The notes: generated by a model not told the origin, from the sequence alone. Shown: positions 1 to 13,291, numbered from the stretch's first letter. The stretch is DNA of 64,000 nt from Parasitella parasitica NRRL 2501 (GCA_025201805.1 MU619266.1:62001-126000), one strand, 5' to 3'. Numbers and translations are program-made.

Positions 1-253
1 AGGTAAAATCGACTACCCCTTTAACCAACTTTTTCATCTGGAGAAAACATTTATTTTTATGCGCCTGTGTTATGAAGCTTTTGATCCGCCTTACAAAAAT
101 AACACCATTTGCTATTATAACGAATCAGAAAGAATGGTTCCATGTTATGGCGAAATCAAATGCGAAATGATAAGAAAGCATTTTTAACGAGATGCAGATG
201 TAGCTTTTTATTGGTGTTAAAAAATGAACACCAGAAAGGGATTCTCACAATAA

Positions 254-1047
254 TCAATCAATAAAATATTTGAGAGGTTCTTCAATAGGCCAAATAGCAG
301 TTCTTTCTCCAGTTTTTGCGCTTTCTTCAGTAAGAATAGAATAGAAGTCAACCCTCTCGTTTTCAGGATCGTCATGATACTTGTGACATCTGTATAAAAC
401 ATTCTTAGTTTGCTATAATCATCCTCTGATAAATCAAGATTTACCTAACATGAATATACTTTTCTTCATCAATCTCAATCTTACCAAAGTAGTTGTAGCC
501 ATAAGAAACTTCTTCTACAGCATAATTTTTTAGTTTATAAAAATCAATCTTCTTCAAATCATCCATGACGTGAAAATCAGGATGAACGTTGTCTTCATGT
601 TTAAGCTTGTATGGAAGCAAAATGGTCATTATCATGTTCTCGTCTCGCATTTTAATGATTAGCAAAAATTTTACCTCTTTGAGCTAATACAAAGTGACAT
701 CAATACCATGGACAATGACCATGCCATTTCAACTCGAAACTTACTTTGTCGATAACTTTCTCTTTAACACAATGGAAGACCTACAAATAAAGATCGCGTT
801 AAATACATACTATGTGTACAGTATCTTTGTTTTCTTCTCGCTCCGTTTCGCCTTTTAGAATAATAAAAACTTACAGCTTTTGCTTCGGGAGTGGGGTCCA
901 GAACAGGCCCCATTTTATTGTGCTTAACATCAGACATTTGTTGTATTGGCGAGAAAAGAAAAAGTAGGTTGTAAAAGAAAAATGAAAAAAGTGATGAAGC
1001 GAATTACGTTTTACCCAAAAGGCTTTGTAAACATGCTGTGCAACCAT
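254..1047 (-). CDS. Stefin/cystatin-fold-like small protein (6 exons, including a 9-nt microexon)
   Basis: GT-AG splicing of exons ~1047-1015, 922-875, 780-745, 683-675, ~605-445 and ~391-254 gives MVAQHVYKAFWHNKMGPVLDPTPEAKAVFHCVKEKVIDKLKELKHE...YAVEEVSYGYNYFGKIEIDEEKYIHVRCHK...EEPLKYFID*. This parallels the stefin pattern (PATPE helix start, QVVAGTNYFIKV, HLRVF, terminal LxYF). Confidence 0.6.
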
Positions 1048-3724
1048 TTCGGACAAACTTCTAATTTTGTTTTTTGGTAAAACGTCAACTATTCCATATT
1101 ATTATCGTCATTGGGTTACTACTTTGCCAAAATGCGCCAATATACTGCCTGAGTTCCACAATCTGCAGTCATCTGTATCTGATGGTGCTTATACATTAGT
1201 ATGAGCTGTACCTTTTCCATCATATTACTGAGTGCACCATCAATACAGCTCTAGGATACCACCTTTCATCATAACAAGGAGAAACGGCGCAATGACGTGT
1301 AATAAAGTTTCCAAAGTAAACTCACGCCATGATATGTACAGCAGGTGCCGATTACTGTTGTACTATTATTTGTTTGTTTTCAAGTTTTTAAACTTTCAGG
1401 TAGGCCAAGAAGTATACATTACAAAGCTTTGTCGGGGGCAATCATTAAATGTATTGCTGGCATTTGGTTAATTTTACATGTGACCCAAATGATGCGTCTA
1501 CAAGTTATTTGACGTATATATCTAGTATCAATTTTATGTTTCGTTTTTATATTAACACAACCTATGCACCACGAAGCATTGCCCAGCACGTGCTGCCGCA
1601 GACCTGTTTCGCTTCACGAAGCAGAGATGTTCAATTTGATAATTGTGCCACACGCTTGATAATGGCAACCACTTCAGCAAATAAATATTTTTCTAGTGAG
1701 GATGTGATATCTTTATTATTCTTATACTTCGCTACTGCTGTCTAAAGAAATAGTAATGTGTGGTTCATAACCTTTGCTAAAGATTACCACTTATCCAAAA
1801 TTTGATATGTATATCACTATATCTTGTTCCCGTCGCATGCCTGCACATAAACAGGTAGCTGCAAAGACACCAGCTTTCGTAGAAAAATTGCCTATAAATG
1901 CCTATAGCTTTAGGTAAAAAGAACAAACCAAGCCATGTTTTATATTTCACTGATACCGCCATGATCAGGGCTAACTAACGTTTACTTTATTTCCACTGGA
2001 CAACATAAGTTATGGCTTATCTACAAAAGTCGTTACGTTTCGACCGAAATAATAGCATTTAAAAAAGAACTTTTACCCTCCAATGTACCAATTTGTTTTC
2101 TTGCCATGATGTGATAGTTTCTGCCAATTCTCTTTTAAAACAAAAAATGCTTATTGCAATGGAATGGCGTCTGCAATGAAATGATACCTTTTCATTATCT
2201 AATCAAATTGAATTCTAGGATTCAAGCCTACAAAGAACACTCAAATGAAGATCCAGGCACAAAGAGTAAAACTAGATATAAAAAGTATCTGTACGCGAAT
2301 GCACTCCTAATCAAAGTACAATCTATCACAACTTAGACGCTCTTTATATCAAGCGATACTTGATGCTCGATTATATGGTTCCAAAAAGCATCTGCTCATG
2401 AAAGTCGCGGTTGCATTAATTCTAGATATAACAATAACAACGAATCCTTCAAACAAGGAATAGCTGTTGCAATCTTGACAAACATCCTGACTAAGATATC
2501 AAAACAAAGCATCGTACACTCGATCCTTTTGTCTAAACCTCGTGTTTCTTAATCTCAATTGTTATCATATGTGAGAGAATGTCAATAATAGACATTCTTC
2601 TTTGTACCTGTATAATAAACATGCACTGATAATGTAGCTACTATTTTATAAATCATATAAATATAGCTCTCTTCAAGACTATATTATCTCTTGGAGATTC
2701 TTTTAATTCAAATACAGTAATAAAATAGAAAGGCTATTGTTGCATCCATATAAAGGCTACATATAACGTAGTTAAAATGTATGTATCATGATATTCACAA
2801 ATAAATAATAAGCTACAAGTTATAACTAAACCTCTTCCAAGCATCTAGACTTATTCAAAGATTATAGCAAGATCAAAACGCTGGATGTCAGTGAGACACC
2901 TTGTACATATCTTCTTTTTATTGTAAAATAGAAAAAAAGTCTGTTCCTGGAAATGCTTTGACTTAATAATGTTATGTGGATAAACACTGATTAATGTTAT
3001 GTCAAAATTAAACAGTAAAATGGATCTGCTGCCAAAGAATTACACGTTTATAAGAAATACGTCTTTTGGATGTATTCATATAATCCAACATTATGTGCTA
3101 GCGTCATAACATACGACTGTAACTAAGGTTTACTATAAAGAGCATGCGGTGTAATCCTTGTTTTACCCACGCACATTGACTTTAGCCCCTTGATCTGGCC
3201 ACTAGTTCTATAGCATGTTGCTGATATAACAGATTAAGAATAAATAGAGAGCATACATTGTGTCAATAAAAGTCTTGATTACTTTTTATATAACATTTAC
3301 AAAAAATTTCGCTGTATTCCATAACTCCTGTTTATTTTTTATAAAATCACCTAACATTATTGAGACCTTTTAAAATACTCAATGTCTCACGCTTGCACCT
3401 TATCCACCCATCAGTTCATTAAGATTTACTAGCATATAGACCGTCATATTTCCATGTAATAAGTGAGATCTTTACTACCTGATTAATTCACAACAGTTTC
3501 ATTTTCTCATTGTGATAAATCAGTATCGATGTTTTCATTGAAATCTAAAAAGTTATTAGTAAAAACCACAAATTCTATTAATAATCGCTGATAGACTTCG
3601 ATAAAGAGCCAAATAAAGCCTGTTTTATGTTCATCATGATCATCGCTATCTGAACATTTGATTTCCACTGGATGAAGTGTTTATTAAAAGCTAGATGCAA
3701 GAACAATTTTTATTTTCATATTAA

Positions 3725-3754
3725 CAGACATTTGCAGACATTTGCAGACATTTG
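3725..3754. repeat. 10-bp tandem repeat (CAGACATTTG)x3
   Basis: Directly visible in the sequence. Confidence 0.85.
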
Positions 3755-5877
3755 GTCGTAACTTCAGCTAAAGAAACCGTATACCCCAATAATCATATGA
3801 TGAATTCAGATCTTTATAGAATCGATTTTTTATCAGATTCTCATAAATCACAACTCTAACTTTCATAATATAAACAAAAGAAACTATAAACGAAGTAAGT
3901 TTAATAAACATAAGAATAAACATATCCAATTTTATTTGTATCCTTTATTTCGTATTATGCTTAATCAATTTCCAAGCAAACATTACATTCTTAAAGTCTT
4001 GCCTATTTAAACGTTCGCTACTGAGCATATCGAGTGCAAGAAAGTGGACGCTCAGTTACGCTTGAACTCACTGGGGGTACCCTTTTTGATAATTGCTCGC
4101 TTGATTATGCTGATCCAATCGGTATATACTCGTTTGATTGCCCCACTTGAGTAAAAAAAAAAACTGGAAAAATGCATGCTTGCTTGATTGAAGATTGGCT
4201 GTATTATCGGATTTTCAGATTTTCGGGCAATGTAAGCACCTCATAAACGATGCTTTACTATGTAATATTCTCACATTAGTATTTTTACTTGCTTACTGCC
4301 AAAATGGCTTGCTTGGTTGGTTTATTTGGAGGCTGTGGGGGAAAGAATACTGAAGTTTGGTTAAGGGCTTGTATTTGCTTGCGCTCGAGCATTTTGCATA
4401 AAATACTTAGGTTAAATTTGAAATCGCATTTGGGACAAATATTATTAATCATGCCACTACATCAATCCAAATAATACTATAACTTTTTCGATTGATTTGC
4501 CAATCTTATAAACTTATTGCAAAAGATTTAATACTTTCTCTGCCTATCATATTTTTAAAAACAAAACTCTACGTAGTTAGGTGATGAGGCACAAGTCAAC
4601 AGAAATGGAGCTTATTTCATCTTTATAGCAATGAACCTTATCAAAATGTATATCGTATATTTCTAGCATACGTAATTTTTTTAGTTGGATTATATCAGAG
4701 AAACAAAGTTAGCTGCTACTATATAGAATATGCCGTAACTACTGTTTTCACATTTTCAATGACAATGTGGTTTGTGTAGTAGCCACAACTGGCTTGTAGC
4801 ATGACAAGGTACACAAAGGTATAAATGTGATTTGTACTTGAAAGAGGCTGCTTTGCCAAGTTAAAATTTTTTTTAATTGAATTCTTTTTTGCGTGTAACC
4901 TGAAATACTATGCTGTAGCTTTAAGATTTTATAAAGCTTAACCTGACCATATGTACTTTTGACAATCAATAAAAAATGTCTCTACAAAAGAGAACCCTTC
5001 ATCCCATTGCGCATGTAAATACGGAAGAAACCACTATAGTATGTGTGAATTATGAACCGTTTTGTTTGAAAACATGCTTCAATGCATACATATCTTCTTA
5101 TTGATCGCATGAAAATGTATATCATACAATCTGGAGACGTCAATAATGAGAACTGCGATGCCTGATATGCAATAGCTGTATATATACATGAAAAACACAA
5201 ATATACCTATCGATTCAGTTGAGTAGCATATATATTATTTAGTTTATTCAGGGTGAAGGTAACACTTATTGCATATTCATGCATCTTAAGAAAAAGCTAT
5301 GGAAGCTCTTTAAAGAAGAACAGCAACAAGATAAGCTTATTTATCTCCATCCTGTATACTATATGTATGATGTCCAAGTCTTTTTATGCATTGTGAATCT
5401 AAGCCAAAGTTGGGTATGGTTGGTAAGGAATGATCTGGAGTATAGTCTTTCATCCGAGAGGCATAAACAGCTTTAATTTTGGTTAGTTTGTCACATGAAT
5501 GAGCTTGGGGCTGTCCATCTAGATTGAAGCTCAATATTACATTTCGTTTCACAATAATCAATAAAACAAAAAGATGTAAATCCCTGTCTTAGGAGCAGAG
5601 GCAAGGGATTCTTTCTTTTTTCGATCTGAAAATTAGATATTGATTGTTTTACATAAAACATACTCCTTGAAAATTATGTCTACACAATAAAGAAAAAGCT
5701 GTCGAAGACACTCATAAAACCCTTTGATCATTTTCATTGGTTCTGTTCAACACTATCAATGTCTTAGCAACCTCCTTGATATGAGGACTCTTTTTTTGGT
5801 AAGTTTGCAAATATAAACAACTGAGGCTAAACTAATCAATCGTAGCTTTCTTTTTCTTTCTTTCTTTTCTTTTTCCA

Positions 5878-8036
5878 ATGTCTTTGGTTATTTCTGCTAA
5901 TATTACAGAGGGGGCTGGCACCTTTCAAAATAATCTAGTTGAGGAAAAAAGGCATAGCAGATCACTTGACCTTGGACCAAACGCAAGAATGACGCTACAT
6001 CAACGCTCGGCGTCAGTAAGCGATGGCATTGATTTTATCGCAGCATCAGAACAACCAATATCACCGTTGACAGCTACAGCTGCTGTACCAACATCACGAG
6101 GGGAAACTACCAGCAGTAGCTCTGTCTTTTCTTTGTACAAAAAGCTGAGCTCTCCTCGTCGCAATCGTAGTATTACTACTACGAGCAATACCAAGAGTTT
6201 TACTAGCAAATCAAGAGCTTCCATTGGTTCCGCTTTTTCAAGTTTTCTCCAGCCTAGTGTATTGACTATAACTTGCAGCGACATGGATAAAAAGAGCCGA
6301 TTCAGCTCACCTGTAAACAATCCAGGTATGTAATTCAAATGACAAGAGTACTGCAATGCATATACTAAAAAATTCCAATTTAGATGCTGCTGTTGCAATG
6401 AGTCCCATAAACCAATCTACCATTAAAGAAGAAGAACAAGTGGAAATCAAAAAGCCAAATCTGCTGGATCAGGCTGGCACTTCAAAGTAAGCATACGTTC
6501 GTTTTTCTTTACCTAAACCATTTAACCAAACAAATAAAAAGACGTTCTCTACCATCTAGTTTGCAACAAGAAATCAATCAGTTCTCCATTGATGGGTTTG
6601 CTCACAAATATTTCGCTACACACAAACGAGGGCTATTCAGAAGAACTGTGCCTATGACGGAACTCCTCTGTTGGACAAAGGATTCGATCAGACAGCCCTT
6701 ACTAAACAACAGCAAATCTCTATTAAGCAAAGACGCATTGAAATGTTTCAAGACTTTGCAAATGTTGATGAATGATAGACCGCAGCCTCGCACGTTTGAC
6801 TACATTGAAAACTTCCAATCACTGTTAAGTTGCGGTATCACAAAAGGACAAATGCGAGATGAAATCTATGTTCAAATCTGCAGGCAGTTGAACAAGAATC
6901 CCAACGAGTAAGCTCTGATTGATTTGCAAAACTTCGACGTACTCACATCACTGTTTTATTACAGCGAAAGTATCAGAAAAGGCTGGGAAATTCTTTGTGT
7001 TGTCAGTGTTACATTCCCTCCCTCCAAAAATCTGGAAACCTATCTAAATCGCTTTGTGCAGCAACATTTTCATCAAGAAAAAAATCAGCTGGATGTGCTG
7101 AGCCAGTATGTTTCTGCAAAGCTAGTTCGTATCTGCAGTAGAGGTGCAAGAGGAAAAGTACTATCTGCAGCCGAAATTGAACGAGCCAAGGCAAGTATCT
7201 TTCATCGGACGTGTATGTAAAAAAAGAAAAAAGGGCATTTTACTTATGTCTTCTACAGGAAGCCCCCTTTAAGCCTTCAGTATTCGGTGAATCATTAGAT
7301 GCCATTATGGACTTACAAAAAGATGACACAAAACTATTCATACCCAAAATTGTTACATTTTTAACACAATCAGTGCATGATTTGAACGGATCCACTTCAG
7401 AAGGTATTTTTCGTGTTCCTGGAGACGCCGATTCAGTGACTGAAATGGTAAGTAGGCTTGCTTTCTTTTACAGTTTTGTACAACCATCTAATTAAGCTGG
7501 CTTATAGCGTATCCGCATCGAAAACGGTAATTATGATTCAACTGGTATTGATGATCCTAATGTACCTGCTTCGCTCTTGAAATACTGGCTGCGTGACCTT
7601 GCTGAGCCTTTGATACCAACAGATCTGTATGATGATTGCATAAAATATGCCCATGACAAAGAAAAGGCAAACGATATTATTAATTCTTTACCCAACGTAA
7701 ATCGACGAATTGCATTATATATGATACGGTTTTTGCAGGTAAGAAAGCGTGTAGATTTGGCTTCAGATTTATGTATATCTGGTTACTGATCAACAAACAA
7801 ATCAACAGGACTTCACTGACCCTCAAGTCATTCAACACACACGAATGAATGTAGTTAATCTAGCCATGGTCTTTGCCCCTAATTTCTTGAGATGCCCCTC
7901 TGTTAATCTGACCACCATTTTTGAAAATTCCAAATATGAGCAGCTGTTTCTCAAAACACTGATAACCAACTTGGATGTTGAAAAGCAATCTTGTGCCTAT
8001 AGTGAACACGAAATTATGGGTAGGATCAAGGAATAA
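5878..8036 (+). CDS. MyTH4 + RhoGAP protein (ARHGAP39/Vilse-like); start uncertain
   Basis: Spliced ORFs encode MyTH4 motifs (MRDEIYVQICRQL, KGWEILCVVSVTFPPS) and RhoGAP motifs (VFGESL, EGIFRVPG with the arginine finger, LKYWLRDLAEPLIP, MNVVNLAMVFAPNFL). Includes a GC-AG intron at 7191-7258. Confidence 0.9.
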
Positions 8037-8336
8037 CTCACATGTACGCTGTAAATAAAACTCTTATTGTTTTTGTTTTCAAACACCAAATACCGCAACC
8101 ATGCATTAATGTCCTTGGCCGGCACTATATTGTACTTTTATATGTACACATTGATGATATACTTGGACAGTATTATAATACTGTTGTCCTACATCAATTT
8201 AGCACATTATTTTCTCGTTGGACAATTACAAGTAATACAATTGTGTAAATTATATATACATATATATATATATATATATAAACTAATTTTTCTCATCCAA
8301 TGTAACTTTCAGAAGCTCTTCCCTCCTTATAATATA

Positions 8337-9933
8337 ATGAAGGCATGCTCTCTATTTGCCTTTACTTTGTTTATCACAGCAGTATTTTCACAGCAGCAAT
8401 CCATCGATGAACCTGCCTCATTCAATCAAAATGAAGATCATTACGCTTTTAAAACAGTGATTACAAACGGTAGGCTTACAGGCTGACTATCTACAACCTC
8501 ACACTAAATCACAAGTATATAGCTACATTGAATGGATTCACCATTGAATACCGAAACTACTATAAAATTGTGACAAACACCATTCTTAATAAATCTTACT
8601 GTCTAGTGGGTTGGAATCAAGCTCTGCCCGAGGGCTGCGCTACTGAATCGACTATTCAGACTCCCGTACAAAGCTTTAGTATCGATTCAGACTCTCTTGG
8701 TGTTGTACCTTTTATCGAGCTGCTTGGGCTCAAGAATAATGTCACCAAGACAAACACAGCCAACATGACATCCCCATGTATTAATGATGGCAGTGCAGAC
8801 ACTAGCACATCTTCACCTCAACTAGTTTTTTCATTATCAAGTTTATCCGGTGCTTCCTATGTTGCCTACTCGGGCAATAATGAAAGATTAGCACCACTTC
8901 AGGTAAGCCAGAAGAACTTGAAGCACCAAAGTAAGTGAACATGGACATGCTCATTATTTAATAGAAAGCCTCTTGGTTGATGTATATCGGTGCTTTTTTT
9001 GACCTCGAATCGAAATCTTACTCAATATATACTCAAATCTCTGACAACTACAACTGCCATAAACGGAACCTAGGATCTATTCCTGCACCAAAGGCTGTTT
9101 CTTGGACCTCATTTGATCCTGCTGCTCACTTGTTCACCGTGAAAAGTGACACTTACTATGCTCAATTGAGTCAAGACGCTGGCGGTCGACTTGTATCTAC
9201 CAACGTTGCTCAGGGAGATATATTTAAAACAAACTACACCACTGATCTGTTGCCTTTGGCCAATACACTTCGTGGAGCAGACTTTATAATTGATTCGAGT
9301 AATCTTGATGTTAATTATTCCAGCTGGATTGGTGCCGATTCCATGTATTTCACTGGTGAAAACGGCATTCAAAAAGTCAATGCTATTGTGAATGACAAGG
9401 TGTACACTATCAATGGACTTGTAACTAGTAATAAACAGTCAGGTATATATAAAAAAAGGGGAGAGGTGGGGGTGAAGAAGGCATTCTCTCATTTAATCAA
9501 CATACTCATAACTATATGTACAACAGATTGGTTTCAAAGATCCGCTGCTCGTCCTGATCTAGCATTATTAGATTTGATCAAACTCTTTTATCCAGACTTT
9601 GGAATCGCAGCCAATCCTGCCGTTATAGATTTTCCTGTCTGGCTGACTCCATTCAAGAATGAAACAACACCAACTCGTCCTATCACTTCTGAACTATACG
9701 GTGGGTGCGATAACATTGCCAGTACGGCATTTTCGCAATCCATGTGCACTATCGATGGTAATTCCCTCACTGGAGGCCAGTACACAAAGAAATTATCTAC
9801 AGGGGAGACTGCAGGTATCTCTGTAGGTACAATATTGTTTGTGCTCATTGCGGCATCATGCCTAGGTGTATGGTTATTCCGCAGATATCGCAGACAAAAG
9901 AGACACAATTTTTACCGAATGAATGATTTATAA
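8337..9933 (+). CDS. Secreted, C-terminally membrane-anchored helical-backbone (BtuF/TroA-type) substrate-binding protein, CBA1-like
   Basis: Signal peptide MKACSLFAFTLFITAVFS; motifs FTIEYRNYYKIVTN, PFIELLG, PLQKASWLMYIGAFFDLE, DWFQRSAARPDLALLDLIKLFYP; TM helix AGISVGTILFVLIAASCLGVWLF followed by RRYRRQKR. Introns ~8470-8522, 8903-8964, 9443-9526. Confidence 0.7.
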
Positions 9934-10343
9934 ACTTCCAATAATGCATACATAAATTATATTTTCCTTTTTTGGCAAATTATGATGATCATTTTACTAT
10001 AATGTTTTGTTTATTGAAATATTGTGTATAATACAGATTGAAATAGGGAGAAAAAGGAGAGGTTTTGATTGTAATCTATACAACTCTGTGTACTTTAAGA
10101 CCTCCTAAAAGCAGAACGAATGGATGTAAGTGTGTATGTTTTTTTTGTTTTTTTGTTAAGGTAAAAATTGTAAATGCGGCAAGAGATAGTATTAAGGAGA
10201 GTCTATATGTATAAGAAAAAGTTATGTTATTTACACAAAGAAAAAAGAAAAAGAGGGGCAGGTAAATGAAAAGAGGGGAATAAATTAGAGAATATATGAA
10301 AAAGAAGAAGGGGGATAGCAGCAAATGTATATCCTTTTTCTTT

Positions 10344-11495
10344 TCAATAAACACTGGTGGTGGTATCCAGCGAAACTTTTTTAGATTTCCACCAGCCGTC
10401 TTCTTCCTGCTGTGGTTGCTGTTGCTGTGGTTGTTGCGGTTGCGAATCAGTTTTTTGAGTTGGTTTTGTTTTCAATCTTCGTTTCCATGCACTTGTTAAG
10501 CAAAGTGAGCTTGCACGCATTAAAAATGTGTTCTTCTTATTTTGTTTTAATGTGAATTCAGATGGAGAAGCAGTAATGATGGAAGGGGGTGAAGCGATCC
10601 AGCTTTTTGGACGGTCACTATGGCTGTGGTTACGTTCGGTAACGACGCATGGTTGTTGTTCCTGTGGTTGCTGTACCTGAGGTGCTGTAAAAACAGTTGG
10701 TGTAGGTGGTGGTTGATAATGTTGTTCTGGTAAAACCATGGTTGGACGGATCTTTTGTTCAAATTCCCTCAGTTGGAACAGTAAGCCAAGGTTTGGACTT
10801 ATTGGAGGAGCCAATTTCTTGACATGATTATAAGCATCTTGCATAGGCATGTTGTAAGTCTTCATGATATAAGCGATAATGACAGAGGCAGAACGAGCAA
10901 CACCACATTGACAATGTACAAGAATGGTTTGACCAGCATTGCGAGCACGATCAATGATATCAATAGCTTTTGACAATTCAGCTGCCAAATTATCTTGATT
11001 GTGTTGCCATGACAACTTTTGATAAGCGATGTACTGTTGTCGTTGTTGTTGTTGTTGTTGTGGGGAATCCAAGATGGTTTGGATGCTGGAAGCTGTGCTG
11101 CTGACAGAAGATGCTTTTGAGAGTGAAGGAGAAGGCACGACTGATGACGGTAATAAGTCATCCATAGGTTGGAACATGTATTCATATGGGTTGTTGACTT
11201 CAGCCGCAACATTTAGTATGGCTTGCACATTCAATTGTTTTAAATAATCCAGATCCAAGGTGTTCTTTTCTGATCCCAGGTAGAGAAAGGGCATAATCTT
11301 TGCTGGGCCTGATGAATAGGCATTGACATCATCTTGTTGCTGCTTTGGTTGCTGTAGCTGAGTTACATGGAGCAATTGCGAAGATGATTCGGGTGAAAGG
11401 CACAGTGATAAGTTTTTGTTGTTTCTTCTGCGATTGGCTAATCCGCTCGAGGTTGAGCATGTTGGGGTAATTGATAAAGATAATCTTTTGTTCAT
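10344..11495 (-). CDS. Dual-specificity (MAPK) protein phosphatase, Msg5/Pmp1-like
   Basis: Single-exon 383-aa ORF with GPAKIMPFLYLGSE, AILNVA, the catalytic VHCQCGVARSASVIIAYIM and ISPNLGLLFQL; N-terminal RRRNNKNLSL docking-like motif. Confidence 0.92.
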   Translation of the reverse strand: MNKRLSLSITPTCSTSSGLANRRRNNKNLSLCLSPESSSQLLHVTQLQQPKQQQDDVNAYSSGPAKIMPFLYLGSEKNTLDLDYLKQLNVQAILNVAAEVNNPYEYMFQPMDDLLPSSVVPSPSLSKASSVSSTASSIQTILDSPQQQQQQRQQYIAYQKLSWQHNQDNLAAELSKAIDIIDRARNAGQTILVHCQCGVARSASVIIAYIMKTYNMPMQDAYNHVKKLAPPISPNLGLLFQLREFEQKIRPTMVLPEQHYQPPPTPTVFTAPQVQQPQEQQPCVVTERNHSHSDRPKSWIASPPSIITASPSEFTLKQNKKNTFLMRASSLCLTSAWKRRLKTKPTQKTDSQPQQPQQQQPQQEEDGWWKSKKVSLDTTTSVY

Positions 11496-12148
11496 GTTTT
11501 GGTGCTGTGATGTTGACGAATAAAAGAAATGGGAGAGAAAGAAGAAAGAAAGAAATAATTCTACCTCTTATTTATACAGAAAACGGTTCTAAATGGAAAA
11601 CTAAGACTATTAATTAGTTGGCCAATTGGGTATAATCATGCTAATTAAACCAATTTCTATGTTTGCCCTCCTTGTTTATTATTAGTCTGCATCTGAGAAA
11701 AACGCCACCTTTTTTAGGTACATACTTTGCGGTATGTAGTACTATCATGAGTAATTGATTGTTGCCATTAATCTATAACCTATCTCTTCTGATGAGTGTC
11801 TTCTCCTTGCTGTCTCCTCTTTTTCTTGGTTGAAGGCTGCTCCTTCTGCATGCTGAAGGATAGAATCGAAAATGAAAAAGAAATCTATTTTCATGTTTGT
11901 ATCACAAAAAATAATTTTATATTAATTTATTTTTTTTGGTAAATGTTTTTTATTCAATTGGGCTTTTGACTAAAACTCTATATATTATTATTATTATAAA
12001 TGGTTATATGGATGTGAAACAGATAGACATTCTTTTCGTTCTAAATAGGATGGTAGCACATTATTACTAATTGACAACATTTTGCTCTCTTCACCCGCTT
12101 TGACGGAACCCAGTTTTTTTGCTTTCCATTACATTGATTAGTTCTGAA

Positions 12149-13291
12149 ATGTTACTGAGAGGTTCATTCGTTTATATAGTACGCACACTATTGATAGCTG
12201 GAAACAGACCATTCTTCCAAATGAAACTCGACGAGAACGATGTCATTTCAGCATCACAATTTAATTTAATAGCCAATACATTAAATCATCCGCAATACAC
12301 AGACAATCAATTACCCCTCTCCAAAGGGAACCATCTTACCACCAACATGGCATCTGGCCTATTTTCCATCCCGCGTGCCTGAATCAAAACTTGCTTCGGA
12401 TGGCTATGAGCAGGATTGGAGCCCTCCCTTTCCACACCTACATCGCATGTGGGCCAGTGGTGAATTAAGCTGGAATCAAAGACAACCTATTAAAAGTAGG
12501 TCAAGAGGTTATAATGCAATCTTTAGTTCGCGACATTCAAATGAGTCAAAGGAGGAAAACGCGGCGATTCCGTTTTTATTTGGGTCGATAAACATTTGCA
12601 TAATAATCAGGGTTGGTCTGCGACAGAGTTAAGATGCTTGGTGTACCTTACGCAACAGGGTAACGTGATGTATAGCATAATTTACTTCGTACTGATATTG
12701 CACTAATATAATAGATAACGCTGATCACCCTAAAGAAACCGCCAGCACCATCCTACCGCCATCACCATCATCACCACCATCATCACCACTACCACCGCCG
12801 ACCACATCTCCTGATTTCATTATCAACTTGAAACCAACTCCAGTTACTTTATTTAGGTTTTCCGCATTAACCTTCAATTCTTACTTAATTCATTATGACC
12901 ACATTCATTCAACAACTGTTGAAAACCAGAAAGATAATCAATTTCTATGCATACAAAGAAAGAAATTAACGTGCATAACACATACATAATGACAGGCCGC
13001 CTTACTCATGGTCCCTTGTCATTTACAAAGATGGTGAATTATTTAGACAAACATCTATTAGCTTTAGGTGCTAATAGTGGTGACTCACCAAGGAAAAAAA
13101 TCACCAACTTGAGCTATCCCTGCTTTAGTCCACTTGTTGTAAATGATCCCATTACTGTAATGGGCAGACAGTCTGGCGCAAACGAGCGCAGCCTGTGGGT
13201 GTTGGATCATGAGGGGAATGTCGCTGTCAAGGGAAGTGTTGTCGTAGAAGGCGAACGAATAAGAGAAAGAGCGGATTCAATGGCGGATTAA
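12149..13291 (+). pseudogene. HTD2 / MaoC-type double hot-dog acyl-thioester dehydratase, disrupted
   Basis: Motifs LPPTWHLAYFP, DGYEQDWSPP, RMWASGELSW, LFRFSALTFNSYLIHYD and HGPLS are spread over frames. There are three +1 frameshifts (~12315, ~12493, ~12549) and an apparent splice donor reading AT instead of GT at 12934. Confidence 0.7.

Noticed and set aside
1200-5700. Short ORFs and possible decayed gene or transposon fragments
   Set aside because: No motif, TIR or TSD could be identified by eye.
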